64,000 nt of DNA from Candidatus Caldarchaeum sp. (lineage in GTDB: Archaea > Thermoproteota > Nitrososphaeria_A > Caldarchaeales > Caldarchaeaceae), in the NCBI GenBank assembly GCA_038844785.1, contig JAWBRA010000003.1:1-64000 (forward strand), given 5' to 3'. Below the pieces are notes generated by a model. The model was not told where the DNA came from. It saw only the letters and a list, made by a program, of their open reading frames with translations, and searched no databases. The translations under genes were made by a program, and so were the position numbers. This document shows, in pieces, positions 48,193 through 57,972 of the stretch (position 1 is its first letter; every line of letters starts with the position of its first letter).

Positions 48193-48578
48193 CGGAAAAC
48201 CTCCCTCCAGTCGCCTTCGTAGCTGAACTCCATTTTAACCGGGTCAACGTCCTCTGCCACTATCTCTCCCTTGAAAGCCTTTTGCTTGTCAAGCCGTATG
48301 TGAAACTTTCCGGTTTCCGGAGATTTTTGCTCAACACCCAGAACCCCGACACCTAAGTGAGACAGGATTTTCTTAAAAACCGAGGCTACTTCAGACTCGT
48401 TCAAAACCTCATACTCTAAAGCGTATATGGCGTCTCCGTAATGACCCTCCATTTTAGTCTCTTTGACGGAAAATTTGACGCCGTTGAGGATGTTCTCAAC
48501 AGATTTCTTCACCTTCTCCAGATCTTCGGTGGCGTAGCAGTGGACCCTGCATTTTAGCCGTACGAGCCTCAGCATCAA
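48174..48578 (-). CDS. Predicted RNA-binding protein (COG1325-like, exosome-locus associated)
   Basis: YATEDLEKV, EGHYGD and IRLDKQKAF motifs. Confidence 0.85.
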   Translation of the reverse strand: MMLRLVRLKCRVHCYATEDLEKVKKSVENILNGVKFSVKETKMEGHYGDAIYALEYEVLNESEVASVFKKILSHLGVGVLGVEQKSPETGKFHIRLDKQKAFKGEIVAEDVDPVKMEFSYEGDWREVFRWVEST

Positions 48579-48650
48579 GCTGTGTTAAGCCGTCTTCCCT
48601 AATAGGTTTTCAACTTTAAGAGCTACCTGTAGAGGAAAACAAGCAGGCTT

Positions 48651-49076
48651 ATGTCCTTCTACAGGATGTTGAACAGGTATTGGCGTGAAAGGCCCGAGTC
48701 GCTGGTCACAGCTATGAGGGGGCGTTTGGTTGAATGGCGGAAAGAGAAAAGCGTGGTCAGAGTTGACAAGCCGCTGAGGCTTGACAGGGCGAGAAGCATC
48801 GGTTACCGCGACAAACAGGGCTATGTTGTTCTGCGTGTTAGAGTCAGGAGGGGGGGTTTCAGCAAGCCCAGGCCAAGGTCGGGAAGAAGGCCTAAAGCCT
48901 TGGGTGTGGTTAAACACAAGGTTAACATCTCACTTAAAGAGGAAGCCATTCAGAGGGCGTTGAAAAAATATCCCAACTTAAAGGCTTTAGGAGCATATCC
49001 TCTGGCGTCTGACGCCATGTACAAATGGTTTGAAGTGGTCGCCGTGGACCCAAGCCATCCATCTGTTAAACTCTAA
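48651..49076 (+). CDS. rpl15e: 50S ribosomal protein L15e (C-terminally short)
   Basis: RLDRARSIGY, RVRVRRGG, GRRPK and KWFEVVAVDP motifs. Confidence 0.94.
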   Translation: MSFYRMLNRYWRERPESLVTAMRGRLVEWRKEKSVVRVDKPLRLDRARSIGYRDKQGYVVLRVRVRRGGFSKPRPRSGRRPKALGVVKHKVNISLKEEAIQRALKKYPNLKALGAYPLASDAMYKWFEVVAVDPSHPSVKL

Positions 49077-49109
49077 AAACTATCATCCATGGATAATTTT
49101 TGGTAGTCG

Positions 49110-50318
49110 ATGGAGTTAGCTGGAATAGTTGGGAAGCCTAACGTAGGTAAAAGCACTCTTTTCTCCGCGCTCAGCATGACGGAAGTCGAGATAGCAAACT
49201 ATCCCTTCACAACAAAAAAAGCGAACGTCGGCGTCACTTACCTAAGGCTGGAATGCATCTGTAAAAAGCTAGGGGTTAAGGACAACCCTCGAAACTCCCT
49301 GTGTATCGACGGCGTTAGGTTGGTGCCAATCCAGATAATTGACTGCCCTGGAATTATTCAGGACGCACATAAGGGGAAAGGCTTGGGGCTGCAGTTCTTG
49401 GACGAGATAAGACAGGCCTCTGCCTTGATAATCGTAGCAGACGCATCTGGCAGCACGTCAGCCGACGGCACCCCGTCGGAGCCAAGCTCCCACAACCCAG
49501 TTGAAGACGTTCTGATCGTTTTAAGAGAGTTCGACATATGGGTGCGAGAGATCATGGCCAAGCACTGGCCGAGAATTTCAAGAGGAGCTGAGGCGAGACA
49601 ATTCAGCCTTGTCGCGGAGATAGCGAAAACGCTTTCGGGGCTTGGGGCCTCCGAAGCGGTTGTTCAAGAGGCTGTCAACAGCACTGGGTTGAACGTTTCC
49701 AAGCCCACGTCATGGAGCTTAGATGATCTTCACAGACTGGCTTCCGAGGTTAGGGCTAGGACCAAACCTGTTGTGGTAGCAGCTAACAAATGCGACATAC
49801 CCGGCTCTGAGGCTGGTGTTGAGAGGTTGAGGAAGGCTGGGTTCGATGTTGTGCCTTGCTCCGCCGAAGCGGAGAGAATGCTGAGGCTAGCAGCCTCAAA
49901 AAACCTCGTCAGATACACCCCAGGCGACCCTGACTTCCAGATTGTGGAGAAGGCCGTTTTGACGGAAGCCCAGAGGAAGGCGTTGAAGAAAATAAGGGAG
50001 ATGGTTTTTGAAAGATGGGGTAACACCGGGGTTCAGCAGCTCGTAAACAAGGTTTACCTGGAAAAGCTCCAGTACATCCCTGTCTATCCCGTGGAAAACC
50101 CCCACAACCTCTCGGACCGTGAAGGAAATGTGCTGCCCGACGTATACCTCATGCCTAAAAACTCAACCCCAAGAGACCTAGCATTCAAAATCCACTCAGA
50201 CCTAGGTGAAGGGTATTTGTATTCAGTCGACGCCGTTACTGGGTTGAGGCTTGGCGACGACCATGTCTTAAAACCTAATCAAGTGGTTTCAATCGTTTCA
50301 GCCAAAAAAAGAGGTTAG
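49110..50318 (+). CDS. ychF: YchF/Obg-family GTPase with TGS domain
   Basis: GKPNVGKST, ANYPFTT, DCPG, NKCD and IHSDLG motifs. Confidence 0.9.
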   Translation: MELAGIVGKPNVGKSTLFSALSMTEVEIANYPFTTKKANVGVTYLRLECICKKLGVKDNPRNSLCIDGVRLVPIQIIDCPGIIQDAHKGKGLGLQFLDEIRQASALIIVADASGSTSADGTPSEPSSHNPVEDVLIVLREFDIWVREIMAKHWPRISRGAEARQFSLVAEIAKTLSGLGASEAVVQEAVNSTGLNVSKPTSWSLDDLHRLASEVRARTKPVVVAANKCDIPGSEAGVERLRKAGFDVVPCSAEAERMLRLAASKNLVRYTPGDPDFQIVEKAVLTEAQRKALKKIREMVFERWGNTGVQQLVNKVYLEKLQYIPVYPVENPHNLSDREGNVLPDVYLMPKNSTPRDLAFKIHSDLGEGYLYSVDAVTGLRLGDDHVLKPNQVVSIVSAKKRG

Positions 50319-50644
50319 ACTCCTTCCCTAAAATAATGGCCTAGTTGTTTTCTGCTTCCGAAGCTTCTTATACCCTTGCTCCGCAGCTGCTTTGACAGTT
50401 CGGCCGCCTCTTCAGCTGTTATCTCACCCCTTTTCAGCAGGAATTCGATGACCTCCTCTCCTTGCTCATCTGTGTCGCAGCGTCTAAGATAATCTATCGC
50501 CGTAGGAAGCCTGGTAGACGCCAGGCTTTCCGCCAGCTCAGCACTACTTCTTACGCCAGAAACACGAGTCCTAACACCGCCATACATGATCTCGCGGAAC
50601 AGCGCGGGAAACCTTCGTCTAAACTCTTCCACATCCATCTCCAT
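50315..50644 (-). CDS. DUF2095-like conserved archaeal protein
   Basis: EFRRRFPAL, PTAIDYLRRC, GEIT and GIRSFGS motifs. Confidence 0.8.
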   Translation of the reverse strand: MEMDVEEFRRRFPALFREIMYGGVRTRVSGVRSSAELAESLASTRLPTAIDYLRRCDTDEQGEEVIEFLLKRGEITAEEAAELSKQLRSKGIRSFGSRKQLGHYFREGV

Positions 50645-50647
50645 GAG

Positions 50648-51259
50648 TCACGACCCTGTTTTCTGCTCGACGGCTACAGGCTGCAGCATTCCAATCTTCA
50701 AAACCTTACTCTTGACTATTCCGACATGGCGGGGAAGAACTATTTTCTTAACTTGGTTATAGATGTCTGACGCGGTTTTGCCTAGGACCATCTCCTGAGC
50801 CAGCTGGTCATGTGTAAGGTTTGAAGCAGCTTCCTCCAAGATTCTACGCATAATCATACGGATCGCTTTCTTCTTAGACGACGACGTACGCGACGTGGTG
50901 AAAACGGTTGGGTAAACTCGAAGGCTGAACCCGTCTTTCGTTACAACGTCAAAGATGTACTCTATCTTGTTGGTTCCTCTTTTAACAAGGCTGCGCAGGT
51001 ATTCTCTTCCGTATTGATGGCCGTAAAAAACTGTGTTGCAGATGCTGTCTTTCACGTCAATAATTTTGAAGTTTATGAGCATGTACTGTTTGGTAAAATC
51101 GTCAGTTATTGCGTAAAGGCTTGTTCTCAACACCCTGCCTATGAGCTTTGATGGGTCGTCAGCCATGGTGCTGCCCAGCCATCTCCCGCCGAAGTATGGC
51201 GGCGAGTAGATTTCAAACGTCTTTTTAGGCTTCTTCTGTTCGGAAGACTTCTTAGACAA
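50648..51259 (-). CDS. rps3ae: 30S ribosomal protein S3Ae (eS1)
   Basis: IYSPPYFG, LIGRV, YLRSLVKRG and TKDG motifs. Confidence 0.94.
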   Translation of the reverse strand: MSKKSSEQKKPKKTFEIYSPPYFGGRWLGSTMADDPSKLIGRVLRTSLYAITDDFTKQYMLINFKIIDVKDSICNTVFYGHQYGREYLRSLVKRGTNKIEYIFDVVTKDGFSLRVYPTVFTTSRTSSSKKKAIRMIMRRILEEAASNLTHDQLAQEMVLGKTASDIYNQVKKIVLPRHVGIVKSKVLKIGMLQPVAVEQKTGS

Positions 51260-51301
51260 CCCTTCTCAACCTGTTTACGGACAGCTATATATTTGTCGTC
51301 C

Positions 51302-51571
51302 CTATACGCTCTTTAACATTTTATAGATTTTCTCTGATAGCGCGGCCATGCTCAGGACATCGTCCAACGTGGCTAGCAGCGAAGCCAGCATTCTTCTGCA
51401 TTCGACGGTGACGACTACCGTGTTGCCATCCAGCGAAGTTTCCACCTCGAGGCCCTTCGGCAAAGGCTTGTCGTCCGGCTTTATTGAGCTGTACACGGCC
51501 TGAGCCGTTTCCGCGTCTTCAAAAACCATTCTAACCACTGACTTGGCTGGCGGTGCTGGCAAGCTGTTCAC
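51302..51571 (-). CDS. pcc1: KEOPS complex subunit Pcc1
   Basis: AVYSSIKPD...SLLATLDD motif; conserved position between the DHH gene and rps3ae. Confidence 0.82.
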   Translation of the reverse strand: MNSLPAPPAKSVVRMVFEDAETAQAVYSSIKPDDKPLPKGLEVETSLDGNTVVVTVECRRMLASLLATLDDVLSMAALSEKIYKMLKSV

Positions 51572-52982
51572 CCAGGGCCCTGTCGAGGTCTGCGAGAAAC
51601 CTTATTATCCTGTCGGAGGGGATTTCAGCTCCAGCCGCTACGTTATGCCCTCCACCCTTGCCTCCGTAGGATGCGGCTAGGCGGGAGAGAAGCGTTCCCA
51701 GGTTTACCCCTCTGTCAACCAACTGTTTGGGTGCACGTGAAGAGATTTTGACCATCTTCCCAGCTGTCGCAAAAGCCACCAAAGCCTTGTCAGACGGCAG
51801 AAGACCTGAAGAAGAAATTATGGAGGCTATTGAGCTCACCTGCTTCTCATCTATCACGTCGCCGCCTTTCAGAACTATTATATGGTTTAACTCTTCGATG
51901 ACGCCTGGCCGCGCTACGTAATCCATTGCCCGTGCAAGGCTGGCGCGGTACTCCTCCAACACCCTCTGAGCTTCTTCTAAGACCTCGGCCCTAGCCCCCA
52001 TCGCGACGACTATTCCCAGCCACGGTTTCCCAGTTTTACCGCAGGCGTTCAACAATGTTGCGAATTCTCTGGCATCCCTTAGGTACGTCCATAGCTCTTC
52101 CTTAACAAGGTCATAGGCTACTCCCACGAGCTCCTCCGCTATGCTTGATGGCAGGCCGTTGGAAACGAGGTATTCTATAAGCCCGTTGTAAAGTTTTTTC
52201 TTCTCTTCCTCCGTAAGGTCGGATAAGGTGCGCCATTGCTCCCCCTCTTTCAACGGCAGCCCCAAGCTTGATAAAAAGCTGTAGCAAGCATCTTCGCGAC
52301 CGCTCAACCCAGGGATGTAAGGGCTTGTTGTTGAAGCAAGCGCCGCATGCAATGGTCTGAAGGTTCGGCCGTACAGGATGATGTCTTCACACGCCTCGAG
52401 AACGCCTGCTCTAACTCCATCTTCCACTATCAAGCTGTTCAACCCGTGAAGCCTTCTGCGGTTGTCCTTATCCTGCAAGTCTCCCAAAGCACCCACCACG
52501 GCCACAGCTGAGTAACGTATGTTGGACGGGTTCAATGCTTTGCATACAAGATATGCCACGCCTGCAGCGCTTATCTCTCTGGCTCCGTCAAACCCATAGT
52601 GATGGGGGTTGACATGCACCCATCCGCTCGGCGTTTCAACATCCCTAGGCTCGTGATGGTCGAGTATCACAACCTGCTTGCCAGCAAGAAGTTTCGAAAG
52701 ATCTTCGAGATAGCCGCTGCCGATGTCGGTGAATATCAAGGCCTCCGATTCGACGTATCCTTCGTTAAGGAGCTGGATGAAGTCGTCTATCCTGTTGAGA
52801 GACCTGACTCTGTACCGAGCGTCCTCTTCTCTTAAAGCGCCCGCCACTATCCCTGCGGAAGAAAGGGCGTCAGCGTCGTTGTGCGTGAAAATGTCTATGA
52901 AAAAGCCTTCTCTAACCCAGTTTCTTATCTTAGCGGAGGCGGCCTCAACCGATTTGAAGAACCGAGCCGTATCGCCTGTCAA
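51531..52982 (-). CDS. RecJ-like DHH/DHHA1 phosphoesterase
   Basis: HNDADA, TDIGSG, LDHH, GALGDLQ and GGGHNVAAGA motifs. Confidence 0.9.
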   Translation of the reverse strand: MTGDTARFFKSVEAASAKIRNWVREGFFIDIFTHNDADALSSAGIVAGALREEDARYRVRSLNRIDDFIQLLNEGYVESEALIFTDIGSGYLEDLSKLLAGKQVVILDHHEPRDVETPSGWVHVNPHHYGFDGAREISAAGVAYLVCKALNPSNIRYSAVAVVGALGDLQDKDNRRRLHGLNSLIVEDGVRAGVLEACEDIILYGRTFRPLHAALASTTSPYIPGLSGREDACYSFLSSLGLPLKEGEQWRTLSDLTEEEKKKLYNGLIEYLVSNGLPSSIAEELVGVAYDLVKEELWTYLRDAREFATLLNACGKTGKPWLGIVVAMGARAEVLEEAQRVLEEYRASLARAMDYVARPGVIEELNHIIVLKGGDVIDEKQVSSIASIISSSGLLPSDKALVAFATAGKMVKISSRAPKQLVDRGVNLGTLLSRLAASYGGKGGGHNVAAGAEIPSDRIIRFLADLDRALGEQLASTASQVSG

Positions 52983-52996
52983 ACTTTCTCAACCAA

Positions 52997-53431
52997 TCAT
53001 GCTTTTAATGGGTCATACTCTAATGGCAGCACGCCACGCGACTGGTAGTATTTTGTTAACCTTCTAACCTTCGACTCGATCAGCTGAAGCCTGTGGATGT
53101 TATGACCGTCTGATTTATGCTTTTCAAGATGCAGCCTCATTCTCCTGATTTTTTCAAGAAGGTTTGAAAGATCTTCTGGAATAGGCGGCTTCACCTTGTT
53201 TTCCTCCAGTATCTGCAAAATTGTTTTGCCGGTAACAAGCTTTACAAGCGGGACCGCGTACTGGTCTCTGAGAACAACCCCTATTTTACTCGGCGGCAGC
53301 CCTTCCCTCGCAAGCTTCACAACCAACGCCTCAACCTCCTCCGGAGTCAGCTTAACCCAGGAGGGGGGAAGCTTGCTTAACGGTCTTTTAGACCCGGACC
53401 TGCCCCGTCTTGAGGTATGCATCCTAGCCAT
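52997..53431 (-). CDS. rps15: 30S ribosomal protein uS15
   Basis: MARMHT.RRGRSGS and IGVVLRDQY motifs; start moved to ATG 53431. Confidence 0.96.
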   Translation of the reverse strand: MARMHTSRRGRSGSKRPLSKLPPSWVKLTPEEVEALVVKLAREGLPPSKIGVVLRDQYAVPLVKLVTGKTILQILEENKVKPPIPEDLSNLLEKIRRMRLHLEKHKSDGHNIHRLQLIESKVRRLTKYYQSRGVLPLEYDPLKA

Positions 53432-54020
53432 TTTCTCTGCCCTTGTTCGGCTGTTTACGGACCTTATAAAGCCAGCGGCAAAGCTTGCCCACGGAAACAC
53501 CTCTGTGGCTTATCATGTTCTTCTCATCTGAGGACATTTGGGCGAACGTCTTGTTTTTTCCCTCGGGTATGAAGACGGGGTCGAAGCCAAAACCTTTCGT
53601 CCCCGACGGCTTAACCGCGATAAATCCGCGGCATACCCCCTCGAACGTTTTAGGAGCTGAAACCCCATCATAATAGCAGACAGTAGACTGGAAGTATGCT
53701 CGCCTGTCCTTGCCGTCCAACATTTTCAATAAGTTTAGAAGGCCTATAGTGCGGTAAACGTATGAAGAGTATGGTCCTGGGAACCCTCCTAAAGACTTTA
53801 TGAAAAGCCCTGCATCCTCGACGAAAACCGGACGTTTTAGGATTCTGTATGCATGCAAGGCTCTGAAGACAGCTACTTCTGAAAGGCTGTCCGACTGTAT
53901 CTCCATCGTTTCCCCGTAAAAAACCTTCAACCTCATACCATGTTTCTTGAAAATTCCTCTGACCTCGCGGGCCTTACCCCTGTTGGATGTGACGAAGGTG
54001 ACGTCAGCTTTTGACGACAT
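53424..54020 (-). CDS. rdgB: Non-canonical purine NTP pyrophosphatase (RdgB/HAM1)
   Basis: TSNRGK, EDAGL, GFPGPYS, GFGFDP and KN.ISHR motifs. Confidence 0.94.
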   Translation of the reverse strand: MSSKADVTFVTSNRGKAREVRGIFKKHGMRLKVFYGETMEIQSDSLSEVAVFRALHAYRILKRPVFVEDAGLFIKSLGGFPGPYSSYVYRTIGLLNLLKMLDGKDRRAYFQSTVCYYDGVSAPKTFEGVCRGFIAVKPSGTKGFGFDPVFIPEGKNKTFAQMSSDEKNMISHRGVSVGKLCRWLYKVRKQPNKGRENG

Positions 54021-54648
54021 ACCTGCCTCGCCTTCTTATCTCGCTAACCTTTTTCAAAATTTTTTCAACCTGGCCTTCTCCCGTAACAGAGCGATAGCCA
54101 TCTAGGAAAAGCTTAACAAAGCTTGAGGATAAGTTGGGAAAAGTGCTTGCGGCAGACCTTTCTAGAAGATGGATGTCAACGGCCTTCTCCTCCAGCTCCG
54201 CGTTGAAGACGCTCAGGCCAAAATCCACCAACCATAGGCCGTCCGAACGGTCCACTATGATGTTTGAAAGCGTCAAGTCTCCATGTGCGATGTTTAGGCT
54301 GTGCATAAGCCCAACAATCTCTCCAAGCCGTACGGCTCTGTCCAAAGGGTTGGATACGAACCGAAGCTCAACCCCTTCGATCATCTGCATGTAGATGGCT
54401 GACTGCTTTAGGTCTAGGAAAAGCAGCAACGGTGCCGGAACGCCGTTCTCTGACAGGTATGTCAGCGTCTTAGCCTCGTGCACTGTTCTGTTGCGTCTAA
54501 CTCTAGCGTCTATTGATTCTTGCCTATATCTTTTCGGTAGCCTGTGTTTTTTTACAAGTTTGACGTCTTTCCAGAACGCTTCCCTAACCACAGCTTCAGC
54601 GCCTACCCTGATTACCCTGCCTTCAACAAAGTCTATCAACTCCAACAA
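54004..54648 (-). CDS. bud32: KEOPS kinase Bud32
   Basis: GAEA, HGDLT.SN, DFGL and RGRY motifs; start uncertain. Confidence 0.92.
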   Translation of the reverse strand: MLELIDFVEGRVIRVGAEAVVREAFWKDVKLVKKHRLPKRYRQESIDARVRRNRTVHEAKTLTYLSENGVPAPLLLFLDLKQSAIYMQMIEGVELRFVSNPLDRAVRLGEIVGLMHSLNIAHGDLTLSNIIVDRSDGLWLVDFGLSVFNAELEEKAVDIHLLERSAASTFPNLSSSFVKLFLDGYRSVTGEGQVEKILKKVSEIRRRGRYVVKS

Positions 54649-55619
54649 ACCTCGACCTCGTCCACCCTCATCCTTGGCTTGACATAGCTTTCTTCCACGT
54701 TGACAAGCTTTCCGCATTTGTAGTGGAGGTAGCCGTTCCAAGCTATCATAGCTCCGTTGTCTCCTGCGTACTCGTCAGGGACAACGTGGAGTGATGCGCC
54801 TCTGTCACCGCACATCGTCTGAAGCATTTGGCACAGACGTTTGCTGCGGGCCAGTCCACCGACCAACAAAACCTCAGATTTGCCCGACATGGCTAAAGCC
54901 CTTTCCGTCACCTCCGTTAACATGCTGTAAACTGTCTCCGTCAACGAGAGACACACGTCTTGAACAGGTACGCCTGTTGACAACAGGTTTTCGGCAGCGG
55001 TCAGAATGCCTGAAAACGAGACATCCATCCCTTTGACTCTGTATGGGAGCTCGTAGACGGTGCTACCATCGAGCGCGTAGATTTCAGGAGCCGGCATCGG
55101 GCCGATGCCTGCAGTTATCCCAAAGGAGTCCAAACAGTTTCCAGCGGCGATGTCAAGGGTTTCCCCTAGAATTCTGTATCTTTTCTCAACCAACGCCGCT
55201 ATCAAAGTGTTACCTCCAGCCACGTACAACACCACAGGGTCTCGGCATCCGGTGACAAGTTTTCCAACCTCTATGTGAGCAACCCCATGGTTTACGGCTA
55301 CCAATGGCTTCTTCAGGGCTAGCGCTAAAGTTCTTGCAACCGTGGCCCCTGTTCTGAGGCAAGGGCCCATACCTGGACCCTGGGCGAAAGCTACCACATC
55401 TATGTCTCCAGGAGCTATGCCCGCTGTTTGAAAGGCTTCGGATAGGGCTGAAGGCGCGTTGGCTGCATGCTTCTGCGCGGCCTCACGGGGATGTATACCG
55501 CCTTTTTCAGGCTTGTAAACCTTTCTAACGTTAGACAGTATCTCTCCGTCTGAGGTTACAATTCCGACTCCAAACGTGTGGGCCGTAGACTCTATGCCAA
55601 GAACCAGGGTTTTCCTCAC
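54636..55619 (-). CDS. kae1: tRNA t6A threonylcarbamoyltransferase Kae1
   Basis: LGIESTAHT, GPGMGPCL, HGVAH and DNGAMIA motifs. Confidence 0.96.
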   Translation of the reverse strand: MRKTLVLGIESTAHTFGVGIVTSDGEILSNVRKVYKPEKGGIHPREAAQKHAANAPSALSEAFQTAGIAPGDIDVVAFAQGPGMGPCLRTGATVARTLALALKKPLVAVNHGVAHIEVGKLVTGCRDPVVLYVAGGNTLIAALVEKRYRILGETLDIAAGNCLDSFGITAGIGPMPAPEIYALDGSTVYELPYRVKGMDVSFSGILTAAENLLSTGVPVQDVCLSLTETVYSMLTEVTERALAMSGKSEVLLVGGLARSKRLCQMLQTMCGDRGASLHVVPDEYAGDNGAMIAWNGYLHYKCGKLVNVEESYVKPRMRVDEVEVCWS

Positions 55620-55678
55620 ACCGCCACATACATAGATGGGATAACTATTAGTGTTGCGTAAACATACTTTGGCTGGTC

Positions 55679-57931
55679 ATGAGTTTCCGCGAACCCATCG
55701 TCGTGGTGCTTGGCCATGTCGACCATGGGAAATGCGTAAGCCCGGAGACGATGATAAATGTGGAAAACATGGGATGGTTGAGAGCCGAAGAGGTGTTTAA
55801 AAAGTTTGCGGTGGGAGGCAAAGTTCTTAATTTGGCTGACGGCGTGGCCGTCAGACCAGCTAAACCACCTGTGCTTACAACGTTATCGAGAAAGCTTGAG
55901 CCAAGACGTGCATGCGCATCACTGATCTGGCGTAGAACCCCGCCTCCGGAAATGGTGAGAGTTCATTTCACCAACTCGGAGTCTGTGGAAACCACGCCCG
56001 AGCATCCTTTCCTAGTGGAAAAACGAGGAGTGGTGCGGTATGAAAGGGCTGACCGGCTTAAAGTCGGCGACAACGTTCTCGGCATGTCAAACAAGTCTCT
56101 AACGCTTAATAGAATTGAGCAGGTGGAAACTTTCAAGCCGAATTACTCCTACGTGTATGATTTCACCGTGCCGGGAACCCATCATTTCCTCGCAGAGAAC
56201 ATCTTTCTCCACAACACATCGCTTCTGGATAAGATGCGTGGCACGGTGGTGGCTGCGAGAGAAGCGGGAGGCATTACACAGCACATAGGAGCCACTTTAT
56301 TTCCGGTGAAAGCTATAGAAGAGACCTGCCGACTCCTGCTGGGAGAGCTGAACGTCAGGCTGGAAATCCCGGGAATCCTATTCATAGACACACCTGGACA
56401 TGCTGCTTTCTCAAACCTAAGAAAAAGGGGTGGGTCGATAGCCGACATGGCTATCCTTGTCGTCGACGTCATGAAAGGTGTTCAGGAACAGACGAAGGAA
56501 AGCATCCAGCTTCTCAGGTCTAGGAAAACGCCTTTTGTTGTTGCGCTCAACAAGATTGACATGATACCGGGATGGAGGCCAACACCCTCAGCCCCATTCC
56601 AGAAAACATACGCAAACCAGCAGAGGGGGGTGGCGGATGACCTCGAAAATAGAGTCTACAACCTCATGGGCGACCTTAGCTTTCTAGGCTTCAAGTCCGA
56701 CCTCTACACGCGGATAAAATCCTTCACCGACACCGTAGCCATAGTTCCCGTCAGCGCTAAAACAGGCGAGGGGATACCGGATTTGCTGCTCCTCATTCTC
56801 GGGCTGGCCCAGCAGTTTATGAAACAGCGTCTGAGACGTGTGTCCGGGCGTGGAGAAGGCGTTATACTTGAGCTGGTTGAGGAGGAGGGGCTTGGCGCTA
56901 CAGCCAACGTAATACTTCACGCGGGAGCCCTCAAGGTTGGAGACAGAATAGCTTACCTGAGCAGGAATGGCCCAGCTGTTACAAGGGTCAAAACACTTCT
57001 AATGCCAAAGCCCTTGGAAGAGATAAGAGACCCGCGCGAAAGGTTGAGGAGTGTGGAGAGCGTACAGGCCGCTGCAGGCGTGAAGCTTGTAGCAGAAGGG
57101 TTGGAGGAGGCGGTCGCAGGCTCGCCTGTGCTGGTTGTCGTTAATGAGTCAGAGGACCTGCGGAGGATTGCTGAAGAAGCTCAAGAGTTCATGATTTCTA
57201 CTGACAAGACGGGAATAGTTATCAAAGCAGACACGCTGGGCACGCTGGAGGCGGCGGTCACATACCTGAGGGAGAAGGGTGTTCTCATACGTGTGGCTGA
57301 CATCGGAGATGTATCAAAAAAGGACGTTGTCGAAGCGCATGTGGTTGGACAGAAGGACGAGCTTCTGGGCGTCATTTTGGCCTACAACGTCAAGGTTGAC
57401 CAAGAACTGGAAAAGGAAGCCAACAGCAGAGGTGTTCGAGTCTTTAAAGGGGATGTGTTGTTCAGAATTGTGGAAGAATACGAGAGATGGGTTGAGGAAA
57501 CCGTACGTCAAAAACAGTTGGCGGAATTCGAGACTTTGACAAAGCCGGGTAAGCTGAAGGTGCTGAAAGACTATATCTTCAGAAGAAGCGAGCCCGCGAT
57601 AGTTGGCGTAGAAATTCTTGCAGGCGAGATAAAGCCTGGCATCCGTCTAGTTAACACAAACGGGAAAATCGTCGGCACAGTATCCCAGCTGCAGGACAGG
57701 GGGCAGCCTCTGCCTTCAGCCGGTAAAGGAGCTAAAATAGCGATATCGATAAAGGAGGGGGTAGTAGGACGAAACATACACGGCGACGAGGTTCTATACG
57801 TCTATGTTCCAGAACGGGATGCGAGACAGCTTTCAGCAAACTACGCAAGCTTACTGGATGAAGCCAGTTTGAAGACGCTGGAGGAATTTACGGAGATAAT
57901 GAGGAGACAAAACCCCCTATGGGCACGGTAG
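55679..57931 (+). CDS. infB: Translation initiation factor aIF5B (IF-2) containing an intein
   Basis: GHVDHGK[intein]TSLLD, GGITQHIGA, DTPGH, NKID and KADTLG motifs. Confidence 0.96.
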   Translation: MSFREPIVVVLGHVDHGKCVSPETMINVENMGWLRAEEVFKKFAVGGKVLNLADGVAVRPAKPPVLTTLSRKLEPRRACASLIWRRTPPPEMVRVHFTNSESVETTPEHPFLVEKRGVVRYERADRLKVGDNVLGMSNKSLTLNRIEQVETFKPNYSYVYDFTVPGTHHFLAENIFLHNTSLLDKMRGTVVAAREAGGITQHIGATLFPVKAIEETCRLLLGELNVRLEIPGILFIDTPGHAAFSNLRKRGGSIADMAILVVDVMKGVQEQTKESIQLLRSRKTPFVVALNKIDMIPGWRPTPSAPFQKTYANQQRGVADDLENRVYNLMGDLSFLGFKSDLYTRIKSFTDTVAIVPVSAKTGEGIPDLLLLILGLAQQFMKQRLRRVSGRGEGVILELVEEEGLGATANVILHAGALKVGDRIAYLSRNGPAVTRVKTLLMPKPLEEIRDPRERLRSVESVQAAAGVKLVAEGLEEAVAGSPVLVVVNESEDLRRIAEEAQEFMISTDKTGIVIKADTLGTLEAAVTYLREKGVLIRVADIGDVSKKDVVEAHVVGQKDELLGVILAYNVKVDQELEKEANSRGVRVFKGDVLFRIVEEYERWVEETVRQKQLAEFETLTKPGKLKVLKDYIFRRSEPAIVGVEILAGEIKPGIRLVNTNGKIVGTVSQLQDRGQPLPSAGKGAKIAISIKEGVVGRNIHGDEVLYVYVPERDARQLSANYASLLDEASLKTLEEFTEIMRRQNPLWAR
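55733..56215 (+). mobile_element. 161-aa mini-intein in the aIF5B P-loop
   Basis: Starts CVSPET; block B TPEHPF; block F VYDFTV; ends FLHN/T; no LAGLIDADG domain. Confidence 0.93.
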
Positions 57932-57972
57932 CACCATGTTTAAATTGATGAGATAAAAAGGTCTGCGGAGAA

